Positions 17,787 through 28,224 of a DNA stretch of 64,000 nt are shown one piece after another. Source of the DNA: Candidatus Micrarchaeota archaeon. GTDB taxonomy: Archaea; Micrarchaeota; Micrarchaeia; Anstonellales; Bilamarchaeaceae. Each line of letters begins with the position of its first letter. Within the stretch, counting starts at the first letter, position 1. The position numbers and the translations under genes were made by a program. Under the pieces are notes generated by a model. That model worked only from the letters and a program-made list of their open reading frames with translations. It did not search any database and was not told where the DNA came from. The stretch covers positions 32,001 through 96,000 of the forward strand of contig JBDRPL010000005.1 in assembly GCA_043827025.1 (NCBI GenBank), in the 5' to 3' direction.

Positions 17787-18977
17787 TTAGAACATGCTTT
17801 TGATCTTCTTTAGCGCTTCAGCCAATTTGTCCACATCTTCTTCTGTGTTGTAGATATAGAAACTTGCCCTTGAGGTTGCTGCCAGGTTTAGTCTTGTATG
17901 CAAAGGCATTGCACAGTGATGGCCACTTCTTGTTGCGACGTTGTATTCGCTTAGCATCGCAGAAACATCGTGCGCGTGGATTCTGTCAATTGTGAATGGG
18001 ATTATCCCGCCTCGCTGGTTCGTATCTTTTGGACCGTAGATCTTCACCAAGTTATCCAGTTTCTCAAACGCATATTTTGTAAGTTTTATCTCGTGTTCTC
18101 TGATTCGCTTCATTCCAATCTTTTTTAGATAATCAATTGCAGTTCCAAGCCCGATCATTTCCGCGATTATTGGGGTTCCAGCCTCAAACTTCAGCGGAAC
18201 CTCATTCCAAGTAGTTTCTTCAACCTTTACTGATTTTATCATGTCTCCGCCATAGAGGAAAGGGTCCATTTCTTCAAGCAGTTTCTTTTTTGCATACAGT
18301 GCGCCTGAACCGAAAGGGGCAAGCATCTTATGGCCTGAAAACACGAAGAAGTCGCAATCTATTCCCTTGACGTCGATTGGAATATGCGGGATGCTTTGGA
18401 CCCCATCAATCAATGTGACAGCGCCTTCTTTCCTTGCTATTTGGCACAACCTTTTAACATCATTTATTGTTCCAAGTACATTTGAGCAATGGGTCACTGC
18501 AAAGAATTTGGCCCCTTTTAGCTTGTCCAATTCGCTATCCTTCAGCGTTCCATTATCATTGATGTCAATAACTTCGAATTTTGCTTTCTTCTTTTTTGCA
18601 AGCTGCTGCCAGGGGATGAAATTGGCATGGTGTTCCATGATTGTTGTAACTATCTTGTCCCCTTCCTTGACGTTCTTTTCGCCCCATGCGCGCATAACAA
18701 GGTTGGTTGATTCAGTCGCTCCTTTTGTATAGATTATCTCTTTTTCTTCCCTTGCGCCAATAAAGTCCTTTATTTTTTTCCTTACTGCGTCATATTCAAC
18801 TGTCGCATTCTCACTTAGCTTATATGTTCCTCTATGAACATTTGCATTTTCTTCGCTATAAAACTTATTTAGTCGGTCAATAACGCATTTAGGCTTCTGG
18901 CTGGTTGCAGTTGAATCAAGATAAACAAGCTTTGGATTGCTCTGGAATATTGGAAAATCCTTCTTTAATTCGTCCAT
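17787..18977 (-). CDS. sufS: Cysteine desulfurase, SufS family
   Basis: YLDSTATSQKP, NANVHRG, FSGHKM, RSGHHCAMP. Confidence 0.96.
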   Translation of the reverse strand: MDELKKDFPIFQSNPKLVYLDSTATSQKPKCVIDRLNKFYSEENANVHRGTYKLSENATVEYDAVRKKIKDFIGAREEKEIIYTKGATESTNLVMRAWGEKNVKEGDKIVTTIMEHHANFIPWQQLAKKKKAKFEVIDINDNGTLKDSELDKLKGAKFFAVTHCSNVLGTINDVKRLCQIARKEGAVTLIDGVQSIPHIPIDVKGIDCDFFVFSGHKMLAPFGSGALYAKKKLLEEMDPFLYGGDMIKSVKVEETTWNEVPLKFEAGTPIIAEMIGLGTAIDYLKKIGMKRIREHEIKLTKYAFEKLDNLVKIYGPKDTNQRGGIIPFTIDRIHAHDVSAMLSEYNVATRSGHHCAMPLHTRLNLAATSRASFYIYNTEEDVDKLAEALKKIKSMF

Positions 18978-19042
18978 GGATGGATATTCGGGATAATAGA
19001 ATTAAAATGCTTCGATTACTGGTTGGAAAGCAGATAAACTAA

Positions 19043-19747
19043 TCAAATCTTCCTCAAGACTGTCAATAACACAGGCATGAGCTTGGCCTCAGCCTTTCTT
19101 AGATGCTCTGCAAGCGTTGAAGGGCTCAGATCGAGTTTTTCAGCCAGTTCTTCGATACTGACTTTTTTAGGAATCTCATAATATCCCCAGTCGCAGGCCT
19201 TTGAGAATACTTCTAACTGTTTATCAGTCAGGACCTCCTTTGCAGATGTCAGGTCGAAGAAGCCGCTGGTCTTGAACATTCCAAGGCTCTTGACTTCATT
19301 TTCAGCAAGGTATCTCTTCTTTCTCAGCCTGACGTCCCATCCTTGCTCCTTCCAGGCACTTATGAGGTTGCTAAGGTCCTTGTAATTCTTTGCCATGAGG
19401 ATTTCCTTATCAACCCCATGCCGGGTTACGGGGCTTTCAAGAAGCGTCACATTTGACTCATTAAGGATGCTAAGGGTGAGGGATGAGAACTTGAAGGTTA
19501 CTTTAAGGACTGCGCTATCAGGTTTGAGTAAGATTATCTCCACTCTCTTGACAAGTTCGTGCTTCCTTATGAATTCTATGTCTTTTCTTGGATTTGGGGA
19601 AGTTAATTCAACCAGATAATCAACATTATCCTTTCTCATCCCAACGATCTGCAATGCTTTCAATTGGGCATCGGGATTGTGTTCTGTCAAATCAACGAAC
19701 CAGCACGGATGGCTTATGTCAACTTCAAAGAATATAAGATCGCTCAT
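19043..19747 (-). CDS. Bat-like (HTH_10) transcriptional regulator
   Basis: LTDKQLEV...GYYEIPKKVSIEELAEKLDLSPSTLAEHLRKAE. Confidence 0.9.
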   Translation of the reverse strand: MSDLIFFEVDISHPCWFVDLTEHNPDAQLKALQIVGMRKDNVDYLVELTSPNPRKDIEFIRKHELVKRVEIILLKPDSAVLKVTFKFSSLTLSILNESNVTLLESPVTRHGVDKEILMAKNYKDLSNLISAWKEQGWDVRLRKKRYLAENEVKSLGMFKTSGFFDLTSAKEVLTDKQLEVFSKACDWGYYEIPKKVSIEELAEKLDLSPSTLAEHLRKAEAKLMPVLLTVLRKI

Positions 19748-19823
19748 TCTGCACCATCTAGATTTTCGTTGATGCTATTTTTATTACTTGCTTAGATGTA
19801 TGAAAAATAGAAAAAAGAAGAGA

Positions 19824-20282
19824 TTATTGAACCACTCCGTTCAATGTTCCTGCTTCCGAGTAGGTAAATCCACTTGAAACATCAGTGTAGCCTATATTCA
19901 GATCCACTTTGAAAGATGTTCCTTTTGTGAATGTGCCCAGGTCTCCAACAGTTAATGTGCCTGTGCTTTTTCCAACTCCTAGATTAGTCACTGCAGGGCT
20001 TGATTCTATTGAAACATTAGAGTAAGTTGCATTTATTGTGTCGATATTTATTGTTTTTCCGACTTGGTTCTGCAATTTTACTGTCAATGTGCCGTCTTCA
20101 ACCAGTTTGAAACCAACCACCTGTATTTCAGTGAAGGCTGCTGCCTTGTTACCAACAAAACTGCCTGTATCAAAAATTCCCAATGCAAACAAGGCTGCTG
20201 CCACCAGAATAATAAGCACTATTGCCCAGCCGTAGGTCATTAAGAAATCAATAGCTGCTTGCCCTTTCTTTTCATTCTTCAT
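19824..20282 (-). CDS. Archaeal type IV pilin (class III signal peptide)
   Basis: KKG|QAAIDFLMTYGWAI followed by hydrophobic helix. Confidence 0.88.
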   Translation of the reverse strand: MKNEKKGQAAIDFLMTYGWAIVLIILVAAALFALGIFDTGSFVGNKAAAFTEIQVVGFKLVEDGTLTVKLQNQVGKTINIDTINATYSNVSIESSPAVTNLGVGKSTGTLTVGDLGTFTKGTSFKVDLNIGYTDVSSGFTYSEAGTLNGVVQ

Positions 20283-20355
20283 CTCTTCACCTCAAATGAA
20301 TATTGAAAAACTTTCATATTTAATCTTTATAAAGCTTGTCTAGGAATCATTTTTG

Positions 20356-22263
20356 ATGAAACGTGGGCAGTCTAGTTTAGAGAGCCTTATTATGATTGGC
20401 TTTGGGTTGATCATATCGGTGGCATTTTTTTCCATGGCATTCATTTTCATTACTGATTCAATTGCAGCGCAGCAGGGAAAGGATGCGGCCAATCGGATAG
20501 GTAGCGAGATAGATTACGTTTATTCTTCTGGCGTAGGGACAGTGAGATATGTTGATGTTACCTTTCCTGCAGGCACCCAAAGTGTTCTTGTAGGTGATCA
20601 TAGAGTCGTTGTCACAGTTCAGCTCTCCAGCGGCACTTCCCAATATTTTGCCAGTACTGATGCCTCTCTCGTGGGAATGATAGATTCTGAACCTGGACTT
20701 GAAAGGGTAAGGATTGAATATCTTGATTCTGAAAAACTCCTAGTTGGCACAGCATCGCTGAGCATGACTCCTAAAAGATTGGATTTCGCACTACAGTCAA
20801 CTGGTTTGGCATCTTCACAAGTGAATGCCTCAAACGAAGGCGCATCTTTACTGAACGGAATCGTTTCAACGGTTGACACTTCTATATCTGATATGGTTTC
20901 CTTATCAGGAGTTCCAGCATCACTTGCTTCTGGTGCCTCCTCGCTTTTCAATGTCTTGGTCAGTGTTCCTGGTGGAAAAACACTTGGAATATATTCTGGC
21001 TTGGTAACATTGACATCAGCAAGTGGAGAAACAGACAGTACTCTAGTCGTGGTAAATATCCTTGGACAGACGCCTACATCATGTTCTATTTTACCAAGCA
21101 TTGCAAATGTTTCTCAGGGCTCATCGCAGGAATTTACCATCTCTTGTCTTGATGCTAACTCATCCAGCGTATCTTGCCCTGTTTTCACATGGACAACAAA
21201 TGCTGGCCAAGTGATTCCTCCAACTTCATCGACTTCAACTACGCTCATAGTTACTCAAACATCTGGCACATATGTTCTTGCATCTGCAGGTTTCATTTGT
21301 TCTGCAACCTTGGTTTTCAATGGCACCACTCTAGATACGCAAGGTCCAATTGCAACAATTCTTTCTCTAAGCCCAGCATCTCCACAAACAGGAAATTCCA
21401 TAACTGTTAATGCAACTGGTGATGATACAACAACTGGCAACAACAATATCCAATCCTGCGAAGCAAAGATGGATGTTGCAGGTGCATGGAATCTGATGAC
21501 TGCAGTTGATGGTTCTTACAGTTCGCCGATCGAAAATGTCACCTACACATTCAATCCGCAATCTAAGGGTTCGCATACTATTTATGTAAGATGCACTGAC
21601 AGCATAGGCAACCTAGGAAATGAAACTTCAATCGCATTCAATGTTACAAAGCCAATAAAGCCAATTTTGTTTATTCAGGATGCGGCAGGTGCAACTGCAA
21701 CTGAAACTTATTGGAAGAGTTGGATAAGTGGCCACACTTCAGCACAAGGATATAATTGGTCCTACGATGTCAGTAATGTGGCGGATGTGACTGGTGGAGT
21801 GACTGATCCAACTGGCTACAAGATTGTTGTGATGGCGGAATATCCGAATGGAAACGCCCTACTTAATAGCAATTTAACAAATTACAAAACAGGTGGAGGA
21901 TATGTGGTGTTATTAGCAAATGCACTTCAAAGAGGCCCACAGAATCTTGGGCTTACAGGATCAACAGGGAATCAACAAAGCAGAAATGAGATGGAGATCA
22001 TTACGGCCCATAATATAACCACTGGTTACACCGTAGGCATCCAGTACACGATTCAAAACTCAAATCAAAATATTTATTACAACAACAATCTGGTGACAAA
22101 TATAGGCGCTATGGAAACAGGAAGTACCAGAACCATGCTTGGGGAAAATTCTAGGATTCTTACCTATGGACCAACAAGGCCAGATATATTCAATGCCGAT
22201 GGGAACACCTTTGCAACAAGAGTGCTTGACTGGGCGCTTGCTCAATCAACAATAGCAGGTTGA
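20356..22263 (+). CDS. Large pilin-like adhesin with Ig-like domains
   Basis: MKRG|QSSLESLIMIG class III signal; Ser/Thr-rich beta domains. Confidence 0.75.
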   Translation: MKRGQSSLESLIMIGFGLIISVAFFSMAFIFITDSIAAQQGKDAANRIGSEIDYVYSSGVGTVRYVDVTFPAGTQSVLVGDHRVVVTVQLSSGTSQYFASTDASLVGMIDSEPGLERVRIEYLDSEKLLVGTASLSMTPKRLDFALQSTGLASSQVNASNEGASLLNGIVSTVDTSISDMVSLSGVPASLASGASSLFNVLVSVPGGKTLGIYSGLVTLTSASGETDSTLVVVNILGQTPTSCSILPSIANVSQGSSQEFTISCLDANSSSVSCPVFTWTTNAGQVIPPTSSTSTTLIVTQTSGTYVLASAGFICSATLVFNGTTLDTQGPIATILSLSPASPQTGNSITVNATGDDTTTGNNNIQSCEAKMDVAGAWNLMTAVDGSYSSPIENVTYTFNPQSKGSHTIYVRCTDSIGNLGNETSIAFNVTKPIKPILFIQDAAGATATETYWKSWISGHTSAQGYNWSYDVSNVADVTGGVTDPTGYKIVVMAEYPNGNALLNSNLTNYKTGGGYVVLLANALQRGPQNLGLTGSTGNQQSRNEMEIITAHNITTGYTVGIQYTIQNSNQNIYYNNNLVTNIGAMETGSTRTMLGENSRILTYGPTRPDIFNADGNTFATRVLDWALAQSTIAG

Positions 22264-22267
22264 TTTC

Positions 22268-22672
22268 ATGAAAGGGCAGGCAAGTATGGAATTCCTTATC
22301 TTCGTATGCATTGGCATGTTCTTTCTTCTAATTTCAGTTGTTTTCTATGCGGACAGAATCTTCGAGGTTTCTGAATTCCAGATTGTTTCTGAGATGAGAG
22401 GGATTTGCAACACCCTTTCAAGTTCAGCAAGCATGGTCTACACTGGGAAGGATGGAACAAACATCTCACTTTCCTTTCCAGAAGAGATATACGGAAAACC
22501 CTATTTTATCAGAGTCAACAGCATTGACAAGACAGTTGCAATTGCAAGGGACAATTCCACCATGGTCGCCTGTTCATTTTTCGTTAATGCCTCCAATGGC
22601 CTAAACAACACGTTCGAAGCATCAAAATCACCTGTTCTGCAGAACAGGAAAGGGGTGGTTGTGTTTGGCTAA
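22268..22672 (+). CDS. Minor pilin (class III signal peptide)
   Basis: MKG|QASMEFLIF. Confidence 0.8.
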   Translation: MKGQASMEFLIFVCIGMFFLLISVVFYADRIFEVSEFQIVSEMRGICNTLSSSASMVYTGKDGTNISLSFPEEIYGKPYFIRVNSIDKTVAIARDNSTMVACSFFVNASNGLNNTFEASKSPVLQNRKGVVVFG

Positions 22673-23123
22673 TTCACTTGATTTCATGTTTTCCACATTC
22701 ATCTTTCTGATAGTGTTCATGTATTTGATACTTCTTTATTCGAATTACGTTGACAAGTATAATATCGAAGAAGTAAAGAGGGCTTTGGAAAGCGAGGCTC
22801 TGTCAGCATCAGAAATACTTGTTAAGACCCAAGGTGTTCCATACAATTGGGAAAAAAATACGAGCCAGATATATTCGATTGGTTTGGCAAACAGCGAAAA
22901 CGTGCTTGATGGTGATAAAGTATCATTCATCTCCAGCCTAAATTATGATTTGTTGAAAAATTATACTGGTTTTAGCAGGGATTATTACCTAAGATTGAAA
23001 ACAATTTCAGGAACAACTGTTTTTGAGAAAGGCAATTCAACTGGTGAACTCTCGGTTTCCATAATACGCACTGTGATATATAACAATTCGATTGCGCGTC
23101 TGACGGTGAGGCTCTATGGTTAA
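22659..23123 (+). CDS. Pilus-associated pilin-like protein
   Basis: SLDF + TM helix; SEILVKTQGVPYNW..IGLA motif typical of such loci. Confidence 0.65.
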   Translation: MCLANSLDFMFSTFIFLIVFMYLILLYSNYVDKYNIEEVKRALESEALSASEILVKTQGVPYNWEKNTSQIYSIGLANSENVLDGDKVSFISSLNYDLLKNYTGFSRDYYLRLKTISGTTVFEKGNSTGELSVSIIRTVIYNNSIARLTVRLYG

Positions 23124-23508
23124 TTTCACTGTTGATGCGCTTTTCGCAGTTCTCATTGCCATAATCTTCCTTTTTGCAATAGGAGGGTTCATATCGGAAA
23201 CAGACAAATTTCAGGATTCCTATGTCATCAACGATATCCTCATAGTCCTTGACAAGCAAAACACACTATCGACATTTGATTCTGCGACAATCAACAACTC
23301 TCTTGACATTCTTTTAGATGCAAATTATAGGTTAGAGATCACAACTTATAATGCGACGTCATTTGCTTTGCTAAGAAACATGGCGATTGGGCAGAATCTT
23401 CCGCAGATCAATGACTATGAGATAATGACTGCTGACAGGTATTTTGTGCAGTCTGCAGGAAATCGGATACAGAACCTGTCAAAGGCGAGGTTGTACGCAT
23501 GGCGCTGA
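23116..23508 (+). CDS. Pilus-associated pilin-like protein
   Basis: FTVDALFA + TM helix; coupled to neighbours. Confidence 0.6.
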   Translation: MVNFTVDALFAVLIAIIFLFAIGGFISETDKFQDSYVINDILIVLDKQNTLSTFDSATINNSLDILLDANYRLEITTYNATSFALLRNMAIGQNLPQINDYEIMTADRYFVQSAGNRIQNLSKARLYAWR

Positions 23509-24293
23509 CTTCAAACAATGGAACAACGAATGCCAAGAAAGGCATATTTCTTGTAGTATCAGTGTTTGTGATGATGCTTGCCTTGTTTGCCATGTCATCT
23601 CTTTTGTACAACATACAAACTCAGAAGAAGAATGCGATGTCAGGCACGCTTTTGCTTTCGACAATGAATGAAAAGGCTTCAAACCTTGGTTACATAGCAG
23701 GAAAAATCTATTCTTCATCAGGAAGGTCAGTAAGCAGGTTTGGGGATTATGTTCAGATAATACAGGATGATAATCTTTCTTCCAACTTGGACTATAACCT
23801 TAACCTAATAGTTTCATTGACTAATTTTACAAATTCGTCCCTTTCAATATCTGACAAGCGAAGGGTTTATTTCGGTGAACAGCAGGCTCAATTCATTTAC
23901 TTTTCTGTTCCCAATACCACGATAAACGTAAATACCACTTATCTTCATATAGGTGTGCATATGTCCTGCACCAACCTTTCATCTTCCTGGTCTTCAAGAA
24001 GTTCAGGGAATAGAAATGTCTCAGTATATGTTGACTGCACGAATTCCGGATCCTACGTCAGTGTTTTGGATAGCATACAATCAGGCATTTTGAATGTCAC
24101 TGATAGTGGAGAAACTGTAATTTCAATAGACGTGAATGACAGGGTGCAAATCATGAAATACAGAGGCGCATATTTAAATATGATAACGAAGATGAATGAA
24201 ACATCTCCTGCAGGCTTAAACGGTTCGATATCCGTTTCAAGAGGCAGTGCAAACAAGAATTCGATATTATGGATGGATGGCTATGTTGGTTAG
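23499..24293 (+). CDS. Pilin-like protein
   Basis: KKG|IFLVVSVF signal, beta-rich body. Confidence 0.6.
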   Translation: MALTSNNGTTNAKKGIFLVVSVFVMMLALFAMSSLLYNIQTQKKNAMSGTLLLSTMNEKASNLGYIAGKIYSSSGRSVSRFGDYVQIIQDDNLSSNLDYNLNLIVSLTNFTNSSLSISDKRRVYFGEQQAQFIYFSVPNTTINVNTTYLHIGVHMSCTNLSSSWSSRSSGNRNVSVYVDCTNSGSYVSVLDSIQSGILNVTDSGETVISIDVNDRVQIMKYRGAYLNMITKMNETSPAGLNGSISVSRGSANKNSILWMDGYVG

Positions 24294-24927
24294 TGAATTG
24301 ATGAGGAAGGAGTTTATTTCCATAGATGCAAATCAGAGCCTGCTTTACATCATAAAATTGTTTGCGAAACATGGTGTACATGAGGCTCCTGTCATAAACA
24401 ATAAGCTTTTCCTTGGCCTTGTTTCGGATAGGGAGATATCTCGTGCAATTGTCAGCAGGCCGTGGTTCAAGAAACCCTTCATGAAATCACGCGATGATTT
24501 TGAGGGGCTAAAGGCAATCGATGTTGTCAATAAATCTCCCCTTAAACTCAAGCCTGATGACTCTGTGATTAATGCCATACTTGACATGGGTTCAAAACAC
24601 ATTAACATAATCCCTGTTCTTGATAAAGGAGTGCTTGTAGGCATAATTACTGGAAAGGATATAATCCAGTATCTTTCCCTAGATATTGCTAAACAAACAA
24701 TTTCCAAAACAGATGACTCTACTGTCAAGTCGCTCATAGATTCCTTTCTTTTGATAATAAGGAACTCAAAGAAGATAAATGCGCAGAAGGTTGCGAAGAT
24801 GCTTAAGATACGGGTGGAAAAGGCTGAAGAGATTGCAAAAGCGCTTGAATCGCACCATCTTATAGCGATTGAATATTCTCTTTCAGGAAACATGATTTTG
24901 AGGGATAAAAATGCTGGACAAATATAA
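24277..24927 (+). CDS. CBS-domain pair protein with C-terminal HTH
   Basis: APVI...LGLVSDREI and IPVLDKGVLVGIITGKDI; C-terminal VAKMLKI...EEIAKALE. Confidence 0.8.
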   Translation: MAMLVSELMRKEFISIDANQSLLYIIKLFAKHGVHEAPVINNKLFLGLVSDREISRAIVSRPWFKKPFMKSRDDFEGLKAIDVVNKSPLKLKPDDSVINAILDMGSKHINIIPVLDKGVLVGIITGKDIIQYLSLDIAKQTISKTDDSTVKSLIDSFLLIIRNSKKINAQKVAKMLKIRVEKAEEIAKALESHHLIAIEYSLSGNMILRDKNAGQI

Positions 24928-26380
24928 CATTCGTGAAAACCATACTACTTTGCAGGTGACCATAGACAAGGACGAAACATCATACACTGACGTTTATAAG
25001 TTGTCAATCCCAAAAATATCCGAAGCAACTCTTGCTTATGTAGACAGCATAAAAACAGACCTTTTGAAAGACATCACCATCTCAAAGACGGAGATACTTG
25101 ATGAATCCAAAATGGATGTGCTTAAACAATATTTACATTCAGAAGCAACAAAAAGGCAGAAATCTTTCATGCCTGATGCTGATGAGGACACATTATGCTA
25201 CGTTTCTTGTACAATCGTTAGGGATATGCTTGGGCTTGGGGAGATCGAGTTTCTTCTTGCAGATGAAAATCTTGAGGAAATATGCGTGAATGGGGCGCAA
25301 TTCGCAATCTGGGTATATCATAAAAAGCATGGCTGGCTGAAAACGAATCTCAAACCAAAAAGCGAGATGGAAATACGGAATTATTCAGCATCCATAGGCC
25401 GAAGGGTGGGCAGGCAAATAACGGTCCAGGACCCTCTTTTAGACGCCCATTTGATCACAGGCGACCGTGTCAATGCGACCCTCTCGCCAATATCTGCATT
25501 TGGAAACACAATCACCATAAGAAAGTTTGCAAGAAAACCCTGGACTGTTGTGGACCTTATCAAGAATGGAACACTTGATTTTGAATCAACCGCATTTCTG
25601 TGGATGTGTCTTCAGTATGAATTGAATCTCATAGTTTCAGGGGGAACAGGCTCAGGAAAAACCTCGTTTCTCAATTCTCTTTCATCATTTTTCCCTCCAA
25701 ACCAAAGAACCATAAGCATAGAGCAGACAAGGGAGATAGTTCTTCCAAAATACCTGCAATGGGTGCCATTGGTTATAAGGGAAGCCACGGGCGAAGGGAA
25801 AGGCCAGGTCGGCATGCTTGACCTTATGATAAATTCATTAAGAATGAGGCCTGACCGCATCATAGTCGGCGAAGTCAGGTCGAGCGATGAGGCCCAGGTG
25901 CTATTCGAAGCAATGCATACTGGCCATTCTGTTTACGCAACAATGCATGCAGAAACTGCCTATGAATCTCTCAGAAGGCTGACAAATAAGCCAATTGATA
26001 TTCCTTCGGTTGTGCTTGGCTCATTGCATCTTATTGCAGTGATGTATCGCGACAGGCGCTCTGGAATACGCCGTCTTTTTGAGGTTGTAGAATTGCTTCC
26101 AACTGAAAGGAAAGAGGACATGTCCATACGTTTCCTCTATAAATGGAGGCCGTTTAAGGACACTATCTCCACAAGTGAAAACAGTGTAAGGTGTTTTGAT
26201 ACGATAAAGACATTCACAAGGATGGATGAGGATGCTATCAAAAGAGATCTTGCTGAAAAAGAGCAGATCCTAAGGTGGCTTGTAAAGAATGATGTTAATG
26301 ATGTTGATAAATTCGGTGCGCAGATAGGCGAGTATTATTTCGATAAGGAAGCGTTCCTCAAGAAATTGAAAATTAAATAG
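24911..26380 (+). CDS. Type IV pilus/Tad assembly ATPase (CpaF/VirB11 family)
   Basis: GGTGSGKTS, SIEQTREI, SLRMRPDRIIVGEVR, TGHS. Confidence 0.95.
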   Translation: MLDKYNIRENHTTLQVTIDKDETSYTDVYKLSIPKISEATLAYVDSIKTDLLKDITISKTEILDESKMDVLKQYLHSEATKRQKSFMPDADEDTLCYVSCTIVRDMLGLGEIEFLLADENLEEICVNGAQFAIWVYHKKHGWLKTNLKPKSEMEIRNYSASIGRRVGRQITVQDPLLDAHLITGDRVNATLSPISAFGNTITIRKFARKPWTVVDLIKNGTLDFESTAFLWMCLQYELNLIVSGGTGSGKTSFLNSLSSFFPPNQRTISIEQTREIVLPKYLQWVPLVIREATGEGKGQVGMLDLMINSLRMRPDRIIVGEVRSSDEAQVLFEAMHTGHSVYATMHAETAYESLRRLTNKPIDIPSVVLGSLHLIAVMYRDRRSGIRRLFEVVELLPTERKEDMSIRFLYKWRPFKDTISTSENSVRCFDTIKTFTRMDEDAIKRDLAEKEQILRWLVKNDVNDVDKFGAQIGEYYFDKEAFLKKLKIK

Positions 26381-26389
26381 TGTAGGGTT

Positions 26390-27274
26390 ATGCAAATGAG
26401 GGTTCCGTTTATATTGCCTGACAGGCTTTCAGACATTCTTTCAAGGCCATTTAGCATTCCAATGGCATATCTAGCAAAGCTTTTCCCTGAAACTTCAGGT
26501 GCGCTTGAGCTTTCTGAAATAAAAATGAAGGACGTGGAATATCTGAGAAAGGCGCTGATAAATGCGTTTTTCGTAGGAATCATCCTTGGTTTTTCATTCT
26601 ATCTCTTTGCTTTCAGGATGAAAGTTTCAGATTCAATCCTATTTTTTGGCTCGATATTCTTTGGTGTTGCATTGTTTTTTGGATATTTCTTTTATCTTGT
26701 AATATTTCCTAACTGGCTGATTGTGAAAAGATCTCAGGAAATAGACGAATACCTTATATTTGCAATGAGGCACATTTCCGTGCAGGTGAGTGCAGGTGTT
26801 CCTGTTTTTGATGCCATTCAGTCAGCATCAACAGGTTATGGGGCAGTTTCCAAAGAATTTAGAAAAATAGTTACAAATGTCAACGGGGGCCAGGATTTTG
26901 CTGATGCCATAGATGAGAGTGCAGAAAAATCCCCATCAACATATTACAGGAGGATAATGTGGCAACTTTCCAACTCAACCCGGTCAGGCTATGCTATAAA
27001 AGACATACTAAAGGAATTGGTTGATTTCCTAACTGATGACCAAAAAACAAGGCTCAAGAAATTCGGTTCTGAGTTGAATGTCATTTCCATATTTTATCTT
27101 TCAACTGCAATCATACTTCCAACATTGGGGTTGATATTCGTAATAATCGCCTCTTCTTTCGGAGTAGTGAGTCCAAATACTGCAGTACTTTCGATGTTTG
27201 TATTTCTTATAACTCTTTTCAATTTGATATTTCTAGGGTTGATAAAGTCCAAGAGGCCAAGGGGGATAATGTAA
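26390..27274 (+). CDS. Type II secretion system F / TadC-like membrane platform protein
   Basis: Multiple TMs; YGAVSKEF...GGQDF T2SSF pattern; follows the ATPase. Confidence 0.88.
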   Translation: MQMRVPFILPDRLSDILSRPFSIPMAYLAKLFPETSGALELSEIKMKDVEYLRKALINAFFVGIILGFSFYLFAFRMKVSDSILFFGSIFFGVALFFGYFFYLVIFPNWLIVKRSQEIDEYLIFAMRHISVQVSAGVPVFDAIQSASTGYGAVSKEFRKIVTNVNGGQDFADAIDESAEKSPSTYYRRIMWQLSNSTRSGYAIKDILKELVDFLTDDQKTRLKKFGSELNVISIFYLSTAIILPTLGLIFVIIASSFGVVSPNTAVLSMFVFLITLFNLIFLGLIKSKRPRGIM

Positions 27275-28206
27275 TGATTGTCGAAAACATAGGAACACTT
27301 TTGAAATATTGCGACATCGATATCAATGCAAGGAAGTTTCTTCTTTTTGTGATCTGGTTCCCATTAGGCATTTCCTTAGTATTCCCTATCATGTTTAATG
27401 CAGACCTCTTGCTTGGTTTCGTACTTTTCATAGTTTCATCAGTATTTATAGTGCTAACTATTTTTGCTTACCTGTATATGATAAAGAACAAAAGGGCAGA
27501 GCTTGTAGAGGCTAACCTTCCGGATTATCTTTTGCTTGTTGCCAATAACATAAGGAGCGGGATACCTCCTGAAAAGGCGCTCATGATCTCAGCTAAAAAA
27601 GAGTTTGGCGTATTAAGCAAGGAAGTTATGGGTGTGATGAAGCTTTCCTTTTCAGGTAAGTCCTTGGAAGAGATTCTTCCGGAGATAAGTGCAAGGATAG
27701 ACTCTGAGGTTCTCAGAAATTCCATAAACCTGATTGTCGAAGGGATGCAATCTGGAGGAGAATTGCCTTCGCTTCTTGAAAGGACGTCCTATGACCTAAG
27801 GAGCTTTGAATCAGTGAGAAAAGACATAAAATCAGTCATAACTACCTATGAATTGTTTATTGCAGCTGCAGCTTCATTTGCAGCGCCTTTGTTGCTTGCA
27901 ACATCCACTTACATCGTTCAGATAATGACCTCTTTAAAGTCAAGGATTCCGGAGGACATTGCAGCAGGTTCTATTCCAGTTTTCAAGCAAAGCGAGATTG
28001 CAATAACCTCGGATGACCTTCTTATATTTTCATTTGTCTCCATCTTCATCACTGCATTTTTTGCATCTCTTGCAATTGGCTTGATGTCAAAAGGAAAAAT
28101 AGTTGAAGGTGTAAAGAGCATTCCAATGCTTGTGGCTTTGGGGTTAGCACTTTTTTTCATATTCAGGCTGCTTCTCCAGGGGATGCTTGGGAATCTTATT
28201 GTCTAG
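27274..28206 (+). CDS. Type II secretion system F / TadC-like membrane platform protein
   Basis: LPDYL..VANNIRSG..EKAL...FGVLSKE; SGGELPSLL. Confidence 0.9.
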   Translation: MIVENIGTLLKYCDIDINARKFLLFVIWFPLGISLVFPIMFNADLLLGFVLFIVSSVFIVLTIFAYLYMIKNKRAELVEANLPDYLLLVANNIRSGIPPEKALMISAKKEFGVLSKEVMGVMKLSFSGKSLEEILPEISARIDSEVLRNSINLIVEGMQSGGELPSLLERTSYDLRSFESVRKDIKSVITTYELFIAAAASFAAPLLLATSTYIVQIMTSLKSRIPEDIAAGSIPVFKQSEIAITSDDLLIFSFVSIFITAFFASLAIGLMSKGKIVEGVKSIPMLVALGLALFFIFRLLLQGMLGNLIV

Positions 28207-28224
28207 TATTTGCTAGAATATTTT

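Noticed and set aside
19824..28206. Archaellum operon
   Set aside because: No recognisable archaellin or ArlF/G; two TadC-like genes fit a pilus
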